From an uncultured Eubacteriales bacterium (GTDB lineage: Bacteria; Bacillota; Clostridia; Oscillospirales; Acutalibacteraceae), in contig CAYRIX010000002.1 in the NCBI GenBank assembly GCA_964424555.1, forward strand, positions 1 through 64,000: 64,000 nt of DNA. The letters run 5' to 3'. Under the pieces are notes generated by a model that saw nothing but the letters and a program-made list of their open reading frames with translations, was not told where the DNA came from and ran no database searches. Positions 28,540-37,519 of the stretch are shown one piece after another. The stretch's first letter is position 1; every line of letters starts with the position of its first letter. A program made the position numbers and the translations under genes.

Positions 28540-29220
28540 ATGTTTCAGTGGTGGGATTCTTTGAGCACAGTTTCGCAAATATTGGCTTGTATGGCCATAC
28601 CTGCAACGTTAATTCTTGTAATTCAGACAGTATTGATGCTGATAGGTCTTGGCTCAGGCGATGACGCAGATATTGACGCAGATGCCGATATTGACGTTGA
28701 TACCGAAGTTGATGTAGGTACAGACCTTGATGCCGACGGAGATATAAGCGATGTTGGAGACGGCGTATTCGGCGACGATATTCCCGATGGCGACATTGAC
28801 CCGTCAGGCTTCGACGGACTGAGGATTTTCTCGGTCAGAGGCATCATCGCGTTCTTCGTCGTCTTCGGTTGGATGGGCATAGCGCTTGATTCGGCCAATG
28901 TATCCACCTACATCACCTTGCCTGTATCCATAGCTGCCGGCTTCGGAATGATGGTTCTTATCGCATTTCTTTTTAAGGCAATAATGAAGCTGGAATCCAA
29001 CGGCAACATCGACATCCGCAACGCATTAGGTGTTTCGGGTACGGTATATCTGAAAATACCCGCTAACCGCAACGGTCACGGTAAGGTCAACGTTATGATC
29101 CAAGGCACCTACTGTGAAAAGGACGCCGTAACCGACTCGGCAGAGCCGTTGCCCACGGGCAGTGAGATCGTCGTAACAGGCTTCAGCGGTCAAAACACAC
29201 TTGTAGTCAGAAAGAAATAA
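28540..29220 (+). CDS. NfeD-family membrane protein (YuaF-like flotillin partner)
   Basis: Start MFQWW (RBS GAAAGGAAGGA). TM, Asp-rich DADIDADADIDVD linker, TM, then a C-terminal OB-fold typical of NfeD. Confidence 0.8.
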   Translation: MFQWWDSLSTVSQILACMAIPATLILVIQTVLMLIGLGSGDDADIDADADIDVDTEVDVGTDLDADGDISDVGDGVFGDDIPDGDIDPSGFDGLRIFSVRGIIAFFVVFGWMGIALDSANVSTYITLPVSIAAGFGMMVLIAFLFKAIMKLESNGNIDIRNALGVSGTVYLKIPANRNGHGKVNVMIQGTYCEKDAVTDSAEPLPTGSEIVVTGFSGQNTLVVRKK

Positions 29221-29299
29221 AAGTAGTATTAAGGTTTTAAGTGCCCACACACAATATGACGTGCCAAGCACTGAAATATAAATTTTAGGAGGTAAAGCT

Positions 29300-30724
29300 A
29301 TGAACTCATCAACAATTATTCTCATTTGCGCACTTGTACTTGTGGCATTTTCCTTTATCATATGGATATGCTCACGCTATAAAAAGTGCCCGTCTGACAA
29401 GATCATGGTCAAGTACGGTAAGGTTGGCAAGAACAAAGACGGCACCAACCGAAGCGCAAAATGTATCCACGGTGGTGCGTCCTTCGTAATTCCGGTATTC
29501 CAGTCTTACGAATTTTTGGATCTGACCCCTATTTCCATTCAGGTCGATCTTAAAAATGCACTTTCCCGTCAGAACATCCGTATCGACGTTCCGTCACGTT
29601 TCACCGTCGGTATTTCCACCGAGCCCGGTGTTATGCAGAATGCGGCAGAACGCTTGCTCGGACTCCAGCTCTCTGAAATTCAGGAGCTTTCCAAGGACAT
29701 CATCTTCGGTCAGCTGCGTCTTATCATCGCAACCATGGACATTGAGGAGATAAACACCGACCGTGACAAGTTCCTCGCTGCCGTGTCTTCCAACGTTGAG
29801 ACCGAGCTGAAAAAGATCGGACTCCGTCTTATCAACGTTAACGTAACCGATATCAGTGACGAATCAGGCTACATTGTAGCCCTCGGTAAAGAGGCCGCCG
29901 CTAAGGCTATCAATGACGCTAAGAAAAGCGTTGCCGAGCAGGACCGTGAGGGTTCTATCGGTCAGGCAAATGCTCAGATGGATGAGCGTATCAAGGTTTC
30001 CGAGGCCAACTCGATCGCTATTCAGGGTGAAAACGACGCCAAGATGAAGATTGCCATGTCGGATGCCGCTTTGAAGGAAAAGCAGGCAGAAGCACAGCGT
30101 ATTGCCACCGCCGCCGAAAAAATCCAGGCCGCAAAGGCTTTGGAGGAGTCCTACTCTGCCGAGCGTGAGGCTGAAGAAGCCAGACGTGCCAAAGAGCAGG
30201 CAACTTTGGAGGCTGACGTTATTGTTCAGACCGAGGCTAAAAAGCGTCAGCTTGAGCTTGAGGCCGAGGCCGAGGCTGAGCAGATTCGCCGCAGAGCACA
30301 GGGTGAAGCCGATGCTATCTATGCAAAAATGGAGGCTCAGGCCCGAGGTGCTGAGGAAATCCTCAGAAAGCAGGCCGCAGGTTTTGCCGAGATTGTAAAA
30401 TCTGCCAACGGAGACGCCGACGCAGCATTGAGATTGCTCATTGCCGACAAATTAGAGGACCTTATGCGTGTACAGGTCGACGCTATCAAGAACATCAAGA
30501 TCGACAAGGTCACCGTTTGGGACAACGGTCAGAACGGCGATGGCAAAAATGCCACTGCAAACTTTTTGTCCGGTATGATGAAATCGGTACCCCCGTTGCA
30601 GGAGGTATTCGCAATGGCCGGTATGGAGTTACCCGAACTGCTGGGTAAAAAGCTCCCCGAGACCGAGGCTGAGTCCGAAGTTCCCACCGTTGAAGCCGAA
30701 AAGGTAACACCTGAAGAAAAATAA
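29300..30724 (+). CDS. floT: flotillin-family SPFH/Band-7 protein (FloT-like)
   Basis: N-terminal TM, PHB domain, long EA-rich coiled coil (LELEAEAEAEQIRRRAQGEA). Immediately downstream of nfeD. Confidence 0.9.
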   Translation: MNSSTIILICALVLVAFSFIIWICSRYKKCPSDKIMVKYGKVGKNKDGTNRSAKCIHGGASFVIPVFQSYEFLDLTPISIQVDLKNALSRQNIRIDVPSRFTVGISTEPGVMQNAAERLLGLQLSEIQELSKDIIFGQLRLIIATMDIEEINTDRDKFLAAVSSNVETELKKIGLRLINVNVTDISDESGYIVALGKEAAAKAINDAKKSVAEQDREGSIGQANAQMDERIKVSEANSIAIQGENDAKMKIAMSDAALKEKQAEAQRIATAAEKIQAAKALEESYSAEREAEEARRAKEQATLEADVIVQTEAKKRQLELEAEAEAEQIRRRAQGEADAIYAKMEAQARGAEEILRKQAAGFAEIVKSANGDADAALRLLIADKLEDLMRVQVDAIKNIKIDKVTVWDNGQNGDGKNATANFLSGMMKSVPPLQEVFAMAGMELPELLGKKLPETEAESEVPTVEAEKVTPEEK

Positions 30725-30847
30725 TCCTCCGATCGTGAATTTGTAGGGGACGGGTTTCCCGTCCCGCTGGAGGCGAAACGCCTCCCCTACGATATAAAAG
30801 CAAGAGGTGAAGCCCTTACGTTTAAGTTATATTTAAAAAAACTGCTT

Positions 30848-31306
30848 TTGATAGTATGTTTGTTTTTGATGTGGCTTGCTGTCAGCGTCTTTATTGCTAC
30901 GGCGTTGGGATTGGCAAATGACACTGGAATAAACTATACCTCATATGCCCTGTGTATGGCTGCAAGCGGTGTCATTACCACCGTTGCCGCAGGTGTGGTA
31001 AAGGCTCGTGATCTTAGTCATAAGGTCGAATATGTGACCGAAGCCTTGGTAAACCGTCCGACATTTTGGGGTGAGGTGCGCTCAATACTGAAATCCAAGC
31101 CCTTTATTGCCGAACTGCTTGGCTTCGCTACGTGGCTTGGGCCTTTGATGGTGTATGTATGCACATCACCCGAAAACGTCTCCAAGCCGATTGGAAGACT
31201 TATTTTGACATCCTTGTTTGTGATTGTAAATTTCACCGCAATATTTGCATTTCTTGACCTTTTGGTGACATTCATTATCCGCAAAATATGGATGAGAGGA
31301 TATTAA
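30848..31306 (+). CDS. small polytopic membrane protein, hypothetical
   Basis: Four hydrophobic segments. Start ambiguous (TTG, or ATG at 30869 with no SD). Stop is 1 nt from the next gene start. Confidence 0.35.
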   Translation: MIVCLFLMWLAVSVFIATALGLANDTGINYTSYALCMAASGVITTVAAGVVKARDLSHKVEYVTEALVNRPTFWGEVRSILKSKPFIAELLGFATWLGPLMVYVCTSPENVSKPIGRLILTSLFVIVNFTAIFAFLDLLVTFIIRKIWMRGY

Positions 31307-31307
31307 A

Positions 31308-31982
31308 ATGAAACTATATCGTTGCCCGCATTGTGGAAAAAAGGTGTTTAACTCTTCGCACTATTCTATTATACGCTTATTAAGTCTACGACCCATACAT
31401 GCCGAGATACCATTATATGAGTCCTCGGTTATGCACTGTCCCGGCTGTACACAAGTGAGTGCCTTTTTTCACCACAACAAAACGTACATTTACTTAGAGG
31501 CTGCTGTATTGCTCAGCTACTTGGTAACCTTTGTAGGTGCAATGATTGCGATGCTATACTGTAGTACCCTCGCATTATTGATCGGGTCATTGTTTTTGGT
31601 TGAACTCTGTTTTATGGTATATCTTAAACGCCATCGCTCTTTGATACCTCTACACAAATATAATGATTACTATAAGTCGGCATTGCCAATGTCAAACTGC
31701 CAAATTAAGGTCAATAGCGTAAAATATCTGAAGCCGTATGGAACTTATGCATTCAAATTAAAAGAGACAACCAATGATGCCGAGTTTAAAGTGGCATTTC
31801 CCGATGGTTTGATTCCAATACAATTGTTTCAAAGTGTCACCAACCCGCTCATTTTTTCGGCACATATCCTATCGGTCTCAAAAGTACCTCAAAATATTCT
31901 TTCTGAGGGTGCTGAATTTTTAATTGAAGATACCGACGGTATATTCGTTGCAAAAGGCATATTCGAAAAGCTGTTTTACTAA
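31308..31982 (+). CDS. zinc-ribbon-containing membrane protein, hypothetical
   Basis: RBS GAGAGGA. CPHCGKK...CPGC zinc ribbon, two TM segments, ~100-aa C-terminal domain. Lower GC than flanking genes. Confidence 0.6.
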   Translation: MKLYRCPHCGKKVFNSSHYSIIRLLSLRPIHAEIPLYESSVMHCPGCTQVSAFFHHNKTYIYLEAAVLLSYLVTFVGAMIAMLYCSTLALLIGSLFLVELCFMVYLKRHRSLIPLHKYNDYYKSALPMSNCQIKVNSVKYLKPYGTYAFKLKETTNDAEFKVAFPDGLIPIQLFQSVTNPLIFSAHILSVSKVPQNILSEGAEFLIEDTDGIFVAKGIFEKLFY

Positions 31983-31993
31983 ACAACAATAAT

Positions 31994-32037
31994 GCCACCC
32001 CATCTGTTACGTTTGGTCACAGATGGGGTGGCTTTTT
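31994..32037. terminator. bidirectional intrinsic terminator
   Basis: 13-bp stem GCCACCCCATCTG/CAGATGGGGTGGC followed by TTTTT, between convergent genes. Confidence 0.6.
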
Positions 32038-32048
32038 AGTTTAGTTAT

Positions 32049-32702
32049 TTACTTTCTCTCAAATTTTACTGCAGCCTCTTCGGTTACAATATAGAGAGCC
32101 TTGTCGGTCAGCTTATACTCAACCGCATCATCCTCAGCAAACTGTCTTGTGTCGGAAATATAAAGCTTTCCGCTGTCGATCTTGTAGAAGAATTCGGTCG
32201 ACTTAAGCTCATCAGCCAGTTCTTCGGTCAGATTTTCGGCTTTAATTTTCTCAAGCACACTGTCGACAAGCTCCTGCTCGGTCATTCCAACGCTATCAAG
32301 GTACTCTGCCCACTCATCATCAGTGACATCAAGCTTTTCTCTGATATATTTGACAGCACCGTCACAAACCAAGTCCAAAACCTTTTCAGCCAGCTCCTTC
32401 ACGGCATCCTTGGACATGGTCATTTCACCCTTGCCGCCGTTGGCAAAACGAAGCGAAACCTCAAGGGTTAAGGTCGATAGGTCAACATATTCCTCCATGT
32501 CACCAAGCTCGGCCTCTAATTCATCAACCATGATTTCGGGCATAATAACATTACCCGTCCAATCACCGATAATAAGCTCTTTGGCCTCTTCGTCAGTGAC
32601 TACGGCGGAGTCCTCAGGATACTCACCGCCGCATGCAGTAAGACCTACTGTTAAAGACAGACACATTAAAAGACATAACATTAATGCTAACAGTTTTTTC
32701 AT
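32049..32702 (-). CDS. secreted lipoprotein, paralog A
   Basis: Start re-set to MKKLLALML (RBS AAGGAGAAA). Lipobox LTACGG. Shares many blocks with the downstream paralog. Confidence 0.75.
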   Translation of the reverse strand: MKKLLALMLCLLMCLSLTVGLTACGGEYPEDSAVVTDEEAKELIIGDWTGNVIMPEIMVDELEAELGDMEEYVDLSTLTLEVSLRFANGGKGEMTMSKDAVKELAEKVLDLVCDGAVKYIREKLDVTDDEWAEYLDSVGMTEQELVDSVLEKIKAENLTEELADELKSTEFFYKIDSGKLYISDTRQFAEDDAVEYKLTDKALYIVTEEAAVKFERK

Positions 32703-32756
32703 AGCGCATTTCTCCTTAAAAAGATTTTTGTACAAGCACTCCACCTCTACAATATT

Positions 32757-32785
32757 ATTATACATAAAGGTCTATTGTATGTCAA
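32757..32785 (-). promoter_or_regulatory. consensus sigma-A promoter (TTGACA-17-TATAAT) for lipoprotein A
   Basis: Minus-strand reading TTGACAtacaatagacctttatgTATAAT. Confidence 0.55.
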
Positions 32786-32826
32786 CAAAAATATAAGCCT
32801 CGGGCAAATAATAATGTCCGAGGCTT
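32786..32826 (-). terminator. intrinsic terminator of lipoprotein B
   Basis: Stem AAGCCTCGG/CCGAGGCTT followed on the minus strand by a U-run. Confidence 0.5.
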
Positions 32827-32837
32827 ATAGCTTGATT

Positions 32838-33602
32838 TTATTTTACTTTGGTAAAAGTTGCTTTCACACCATCCTTGAATGACATCTTAAGGGTGGTGGC
32901 AGTGAGTTCGTAATCAGAAACCTCTACATCATCACCTTTGAAATCCTTGTCCTCGGATGTATAAAGCTTGCCGTTTTCAAGCTTGTAATACTCGGCCTCG
33001 GGTTCTATTTCGTCCCTCATTTCCTTAAGGAGCTCTTCTCGGTCTACCTCAGCCAATATGGCATCCTTAAACTCCTGCTCGGTCATACCTGCAGCGTCAA
33101 GGTATTCCTCCCAAGAGGTGCCGTTTGCCTCGGCAAGGTCCTTTACATACTCGATCATTCCGTCACAAAGTATATCGATAAGATTATCAACGTACTTTTC
33201 AGCGGCTTCGTCGGTGATGACCGAAATATACGTTCCGTCATCCTTAAAGGTGAGTGTAAAATCTACATCCAGCAGCTTATTAAGATCGAAATATTCACTC
33301 ATTTCACCGGCATCTTCGCCAATCAGCTCTGAGAGATAGTCATCAGAGACAGACATTTTTCCTGTCCATGAACCGATTATCATTTCCTCATCAGTCAGGG
33401 TCACGGAAGAAGTACTTTCGGTAACCTGAGACGTACTGCTGTCAGGTGTCTGAGACGGACTGCTGTCGGCAGTACCGCTACTCTCACTGCTGACACCGTT
33501 ATCCTTAACCTTATCGGGCATCTCGCCGCCGCATGCTGTCATCGAAAAACAAAGCACAGCCAGCATTGCAACACACATTAATATTGCTAATATTCTCTTC
33601 AT
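32838..33602 (-). CDS. secreted lipoprotein, paralog B
   Basis: Start re-set to MKRILAILM (RBS AAGGAGA). Lipobox MTACGG. S/T-rich linker. Paralogous to 32049..32702. Confidence 0.75.
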   Translation of the reverse strand: MKRILAILMCVAMLAVLCFSMTACGGEMPDKVKDNGVSSESSGTADSSPSQTPDSSTSQVTESTSSVTLTDEEMIIGSWTGKMSVSDDYLSELIGEDAGEMSEYFDLNKLLDVDFTLTFKDDGTYISVITDEAAEKYVDNLIDILCDGMIEYVKDLAEANGTSWEEYLDAAGMTEQEFKDAILAEVDREELLKEMRDEIEPEAEYYKLENGKLYTSEDKDFKGDDVEVSDYELTATTLKMSFKDGVKATFTKVK

Positions 33603-33653
33603 AACTGTCTCCTTATTGAAAATTTTATACATAGTATAGTCTATGTCACGTAG

Positions 33654-33682
33654 ATTATACACTATTTTGTGCGATTTGTCAA
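33654..33682 (-). promoter_or_regulatory. consensus sigma-A promoter (TTGACA-17-TATAAT, TG-extended) for lipoprotein B
   Basis: Minus-strand reading TTGACAaatcgcacaaaatagtgTATAAT. Confidence 0.55.
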
Positions 33683-33740
33683 GTAATAATGAGCTTGCTA
33701 AAAGCTAACTTCGCCGAGAGCATCCGTTTTTCTATAATAA

Positions 33741-33778
33741 AATGACAAAAACCGCCCGTGACATTTAGCCACGGGCGG
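33741..33778 (-). terminator. intrinsic terminator of the PFOR gene
   Basis: 9-bp GC stem CCGCCCGTG/CACGGGCGG followed by UUUUUG on the minus strand. Confidence 0.6.
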
Positions 33779-33803
33779 AAAATTAAGTTTAGTTAATTTT
33801 TAA

Positions 33804-36800
33804 TTATTTACCATAGAGTTCCTGGAGCTTCTCGAGGTGTGCACGAGCAGCCTTTGCATTCTCAGCGGCCTTCTCGAACAGCTCTTCAGCACGCTCGGGG
33901 AACGAGCGGGTAAGCGAAGAATAACGAGCCTCGCCGAGGATGAACTCCTTGTAGTCTGCAGTAGCAGGCTTGGAGTCGATGGTGAAGGGGTTCTTGCCTT
34001 CTGCCTTCAAAGCAGGGTTGAAGCGGAACATATTCCAGTAGCCGCACTCAACAGCCTTCTTCATCTCGTTCTGGCAGTTGACCATACCACCCTTAATAGA
34101 GTGCATCTCACAGGGAGAGTATGCGATGATGATGGAGGGTCCCTTGTAAGCTTCTGCTTCCTTGATAGCCTTCAGGGTCTGGTTCTGATCAGCACCCATA
34201 GCGATCTGTGCTACGTATACGTAACCGTAAGACATTGCGATCTCGGAGAGCGACTTCTTGGAGATGGCCTTACCTGCAGCAGCGAACTGTGCAACCTGAC
34301 CAATCTGAGAAGCCTTGGAAGCCTGACCGCCGGTGTTGGAGTAAACCTCGGTATCGAATACCATGATGTTTACATCTTCGCCGCTGGCCAGAACGTGGTC
34401 AACACCGCCGAAGCCGATGTCGTATGCCCAACCGTCACCACCGAAGATCCAAACGGACTTCTTGGAGAGGAATTCTTTTTCTGCAAGGATTGCAGGAGCA
34501 GTGGGGCAACCTTGTGCAGCAGCCTTTTCGAGCTCAGCAACAAGTGCCTTAGTAGCTGCGGTATTCTTGTCACCGTCTTCGACGGTTGCAAGATATTCCT
34601 CGGCAGCAGCCTTGAACTCGGCAGATGCCTTGTCGGAAGCCATCATCTCTTCGACCTGAGCGATCAAGCGAGCACGGACAGCCTTCTGACCGAGGTACAT
34701 ACCGAAGCCGTGCTCAGCGTTATCCTCGAACAAGGAGTTAGCCCAAGCAGGACCGTGGCCTTCAGCGTTAACGGTGTACGGAGAAGTAGCAGCAGGGCCA
34801 CCCCAAATGGACGAACAACCGGTAGCGTTGGAGATATACATTCTGTCACCGAACAACTGGGTAACAAGACGTGCATAAGCGGTTTCTGCACAGCCTGCGC
34901 AAGAGCCCGAGAACTCGAGGAGAGGCTTCTTGTACTGAGAAGCAATGATGTTCTGAGAACCTGCAACGCCGTCCTTCTCGGTGACGTTAGCTACGCAGTA
35001 GTCAAAGCTCTTCTGCTCTTCAAGCTGGGTATCCTGAGCCACCATCTTGAGAGAGTTGGTGGGACATACGCCGATACATACGCCGCATCCCATACAATCC
35101 ATCGGAGAAACAGCCAGAGTATAGGTGTACTCGGTCTTAACGATGGGCTTGGGAGCCTTCTTCATGTTAGCGGGAGCCTTTGCGAGCTCGTCAGCATCAA
35201 GTGCGAAGGGACGGATGGTAGCGTGCGGACATACGTAAGCACACTTGTTACACTTTGCACAGGTGTCAGCATTCCACTCGGGAACGAGAACGGCAACGCC
35301 GCGCTTCTCGTAAGCGGATGCACCCTGCTCAAAGGTACCGTCAGCGTGGTCAACGAATGCGGAAACAGGCAGGCTGTCGCCGTTCATGAGACCAACAGGC
35401 TTCATGATGTTGTCGACCATCTTTACGAGCTTGTCGCGGCCTTCAGACTTCTCGGCAACAGTGGTGTCAACAGCATTAGCCCAAGCTGCGGGAACATCGA
35501 TCTTAACGAATGCGGTTGCACCGGCATCGATTGCCTTCTCGTTCATTTCGACGATCTCTTTACCCTTCTTCATGAACTTCTGTGCCTTTTCCTTCATGTA
35601 GCCGATTGCTTCCTCAGCGGGAAGAACCTTGGAAAGTGCAAAGAATGCAGACTGAAGAACGGTGTTGGTACGCTTGCCGAGACCGATCTGTGCGGCCAGG
35701 TCGATAGCGTTAACGGTGTAAAGCTGAATGTTGTTTTCAGCGATATACTTCTTAGCTTCAGCAGGCATATGCTCGTCGAGCTCCTCAGCAGTCCACTGGC
35801 AGTTGATGAGGAATACGCCGCCGGGCTTAACGTCGTTGACCATCTTGTAACCCTTGATTACGTAAGAGGGGTTGTGGCAAGCAACGAAGTCAGCCTTGTT
35901 GATGTAGTAGGGGCTCTTGATGGGCTTGTCGCCGAATCTCAAGTGAGAAATGGTGATACCGCCGGTCTTCTTAGAGTCATACTGGAAGTATGCCTGAACA
36001 TACTTGTCGGTGTGGTCACCGATGATCTTGATAGAGTCTTTGTTAGCACCAACGGTACCGTCACCGCCAAGACCCCAGAACTTGCACTCGATGGTGCCTT
36101 CTGCTGCGGTGTTGGGAGCAGGTTTCTCTTCGAGAGAAAGATGGGTAACGTCGTCGTTGATACCGAGGGTGAAGTGAGCCTTGGGCTCGTCCTTCTTCAA
36201 TTCATCATATACAGCAAAGATGCTGGAAGGAGGAGTATCCTTGGAACCGAGACCGTAGCGGCCGCCGATAACCTTAGCACTTCTTCCGCAAGCTGCAAGA
36301 CCTGCAACAACATCGAGGTACAAAGGCTCGCCCAAAGAACCGGGCTCCTTAGTTCTGTCAAGAACTGCGATCTTCTTAGCGGTTGCGGGGATAGCCTCGC
36401 AAAGCTTCTCAGCAACGAAAGGACGGTACAGGCGAACCTTAACAAGACCGACCTTCTCGCCTGCAGCGAGCATATAATCGATAACCTCTTCTGCAACGTC
36501 GCAGATAGAGCCCATAGCGATAATGACCTTGTCAGCATCGGGAGCACCGTAGTAGTTGAAGAGCTTATAGTCAGTGCCAAGCTTTGCATTGACCTTGTCC
36601 ATGTACTCCTCTACGATAGCGGGAAGCTTGTCGTAGTACTCGTTGCAGGACTCTCTGTGCTGGAAAAAGATGTCGCCGTTCTCGTGAGAACCGCGCATTA
36701 CGGGACGCTCAGGGTTGAGAGCTCTCTTTCTGAAAGCGTCAACAGCATCCATATCGCACATTTCCTTAAGATCCTCGTAGTCCCAAACCTCGATCTTCTG

Positions 36801-37340
36801 GAGCTCGTGAGAGGTACGGAATCCGTCGAAGAAGTTGATGAAAGGTACGCGGCCCTTGATGGTTGCAAGGTGAGCAACTGCACCGAGGTCCATAACCTCC
36901 TGAGTGTTGGTCTCAGCAAGCATTGCGAAACCGGTCTGACGGCAAGCATAAACGTCAGAATGGTCGCCGAATATGTTAAGAGCCTGAGAAGCTACGCAAC
37001 GTGCCGATACGTGGAATACGGAAGGCAGAAGTTCACCGGCGATCTTGTACATGTTGGGGATCATCAGAAGAAGACCCTGAGATGCGGTGTAGGTAGTGGT
37101 GAGAGCGCCTGCGTTCAACGAACCGTGAACGGTACCTGCAGCACCTGCTTCAGACTGCATTTCGGAAACCTTAACGGTGGTTCCGAAGATGTTCTTGAGG
37201 CCCTGAGCCGACCACATATCAACATAGTCTGCCATCGGGCTGGACGGTGTGATAGGATAAATACCTGCTACTTCGGTAAACGCATAGGATACGTGAGCAG
37301 CGGCATTGTTACCGTCCATGGTTTTCATTTTTCTTGCCAT
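33804..37340 (-). CDS. nifJ: pyruvate:ferredoxin (flavodoxin) oxidoreductase, single-polypeptide PFOR
   Basis: 1178 aa. N-terminus MARKMKTMDGNNAAAHVSYAFTEVAGIYPITPSS. Two 4Fe-4S ferredoxin CxxCxxCxxxCP motifs. TPP domain GGDGWAYDIGFGG. Strong GC3 codon bias. Confidence 0.97.
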   Translation of the reverse strand: MARKMKTMDGNNAAAHVSYAFTEVAGIYPITPSSPMADYVDMWSAQGLKNIFGTTVKVSEMQSEAGAAGTVHGSLNAGALTTTYTASQGLLLMIPNMYKIAGELLPSVFHVSARCVASQALNIFGDHSDVYACRQTGFAMLAETNTQEVMDLGAVAHLATIKGRVPFINFFDGFRTSHELQKIEVWDYEDLKEMCDMDAVDAFRKRALNPERPVMRGSHENGDIFFQHRESCNEYYDKLPAIVEEYMDKVNAKLGTDYKLFNYYGAPDADKVIIAMGSICDVAEEVIDYMLAAGEKVGLVKVRLYRPFVAEKLCEAIPATAKKIAVLDRTKEPGSLGEPLYLDVVAGLAACGRSAKVIGGRYGLGSKDTPPSSIFAVYDELKKDEPKAHFTLGINDDVTHLSLEEKPAPNTAAEGTIECKFWGLGGDGTVGANKDSIKIIGDHTDKYVQAYFQYDSKKTGGITISHLRFGDKPIKSPYYINKADFVACHNPSYVIKGYKMVNDVKPGGVFLINCQWTAEELDEHMPAEAKKYIAENNIQLYTVNAIDLAAQIGLGKRTNTVLQSAFFALSKVLPAEEAIGYMKEKAQKFMKKGKEIVEMNEKAIDAGATAFVKIDVPAAWANAVDTTVAEKSEGRDKLVKMVDNIMKPVGLMNGDSLPVSAFVDHADGTFEQGASAYEKRGVAVLVPEWNADTCAKCNKCAYVCPHATIRPFALDADELAKAPANMKKAPKPIVKTEYTYTLAVSPMDCMGCGVCIGVCPTNSLKMVAQDTQLEEQKSFDYCVANVTEKDGVAGSQNIIASQYKKPLLEFSGSCAGCAETAYARLVTQLFGDRMYISNATGCSSIWGGPAATSPYTVNAEGHGPAWANSLFEDNAEHGFGMYLGQKAVRARLIAQVEEMMASDKASAEFKAAAEEYLATVEDGDKNTAATKALVAELEKAAAQGCPTAPAILAEKEFLSKKSVWIFGGDGWAYDIGFGGVDHVLASGEDVNIMVFDTEVYSNTGGQASKASQIGQVAQFAAAGKAISKKSLSEIAMSYGYVYVAQIAMGADQNQTLKAIKEAEAYKGPSIIIAYSPCEMHSIKGGMVNCQNEMKKAVECGYWNMFRFNPALKAEGKNPFTIDSKPATADYKEFILGEARYSSLTRSFPERAEELFEKAAENAKAARAHLEKLQELYGK

Positions 37341-37471
37341 GGGATAATTTCCTCCTTATGTGAATTAACTTTAGCAAATATGGTATAAGCAGACAAGAAA
37401 GCCTACTTGTCCACGTACACATTAACTATACCACTTTTCAAGTGCGAAGTAAATAGTAAACTTTGAAAAAT

Positions 37472-37491
37472 TCGTGATTTTTTTCACAAAG
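37472..37491. promoter_or_regulatory. Rex/CRP-family-like palindromic operator upstream of PFOR
   Basis: TTcGTGA-N6-TCACAAA, matching the TGTGA-N6-TCACA / Rex TTGTGAA-N4-TTCACAA pattern with one or two mismatches. About 135 nt upstream of the nifJ ATG. Confidence 0.3.
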
Positions 37492-37519
37492 TTTATGGTA
37501 AAAGTGCAATAATCTGACT

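Noticed and set aside
28650-28810. Periodic GAT/GAC-rich DNA that could be mistaken for a repeat array (also the GAGGCC repeats at 30240-30260)
   Set aside because: These are in-frame codon repeats encoding the Asp-rich NfeD linker and the flotillin EA coiled coil. There are no spacer/repeat units or cas genes, so this is not CRISPR.
33837-37388. 1183-aa plus-strand ORF spanning the whole PFOR locus
   Set aside because: It is exactly antisense to an unmistakable, highly codon-biased PFOR gene. The translated sequence is low-complexity (G/V/L/S-rich) with no motifs. A long stop-free antisense frame is the expected artefact of strong GC3 bias.
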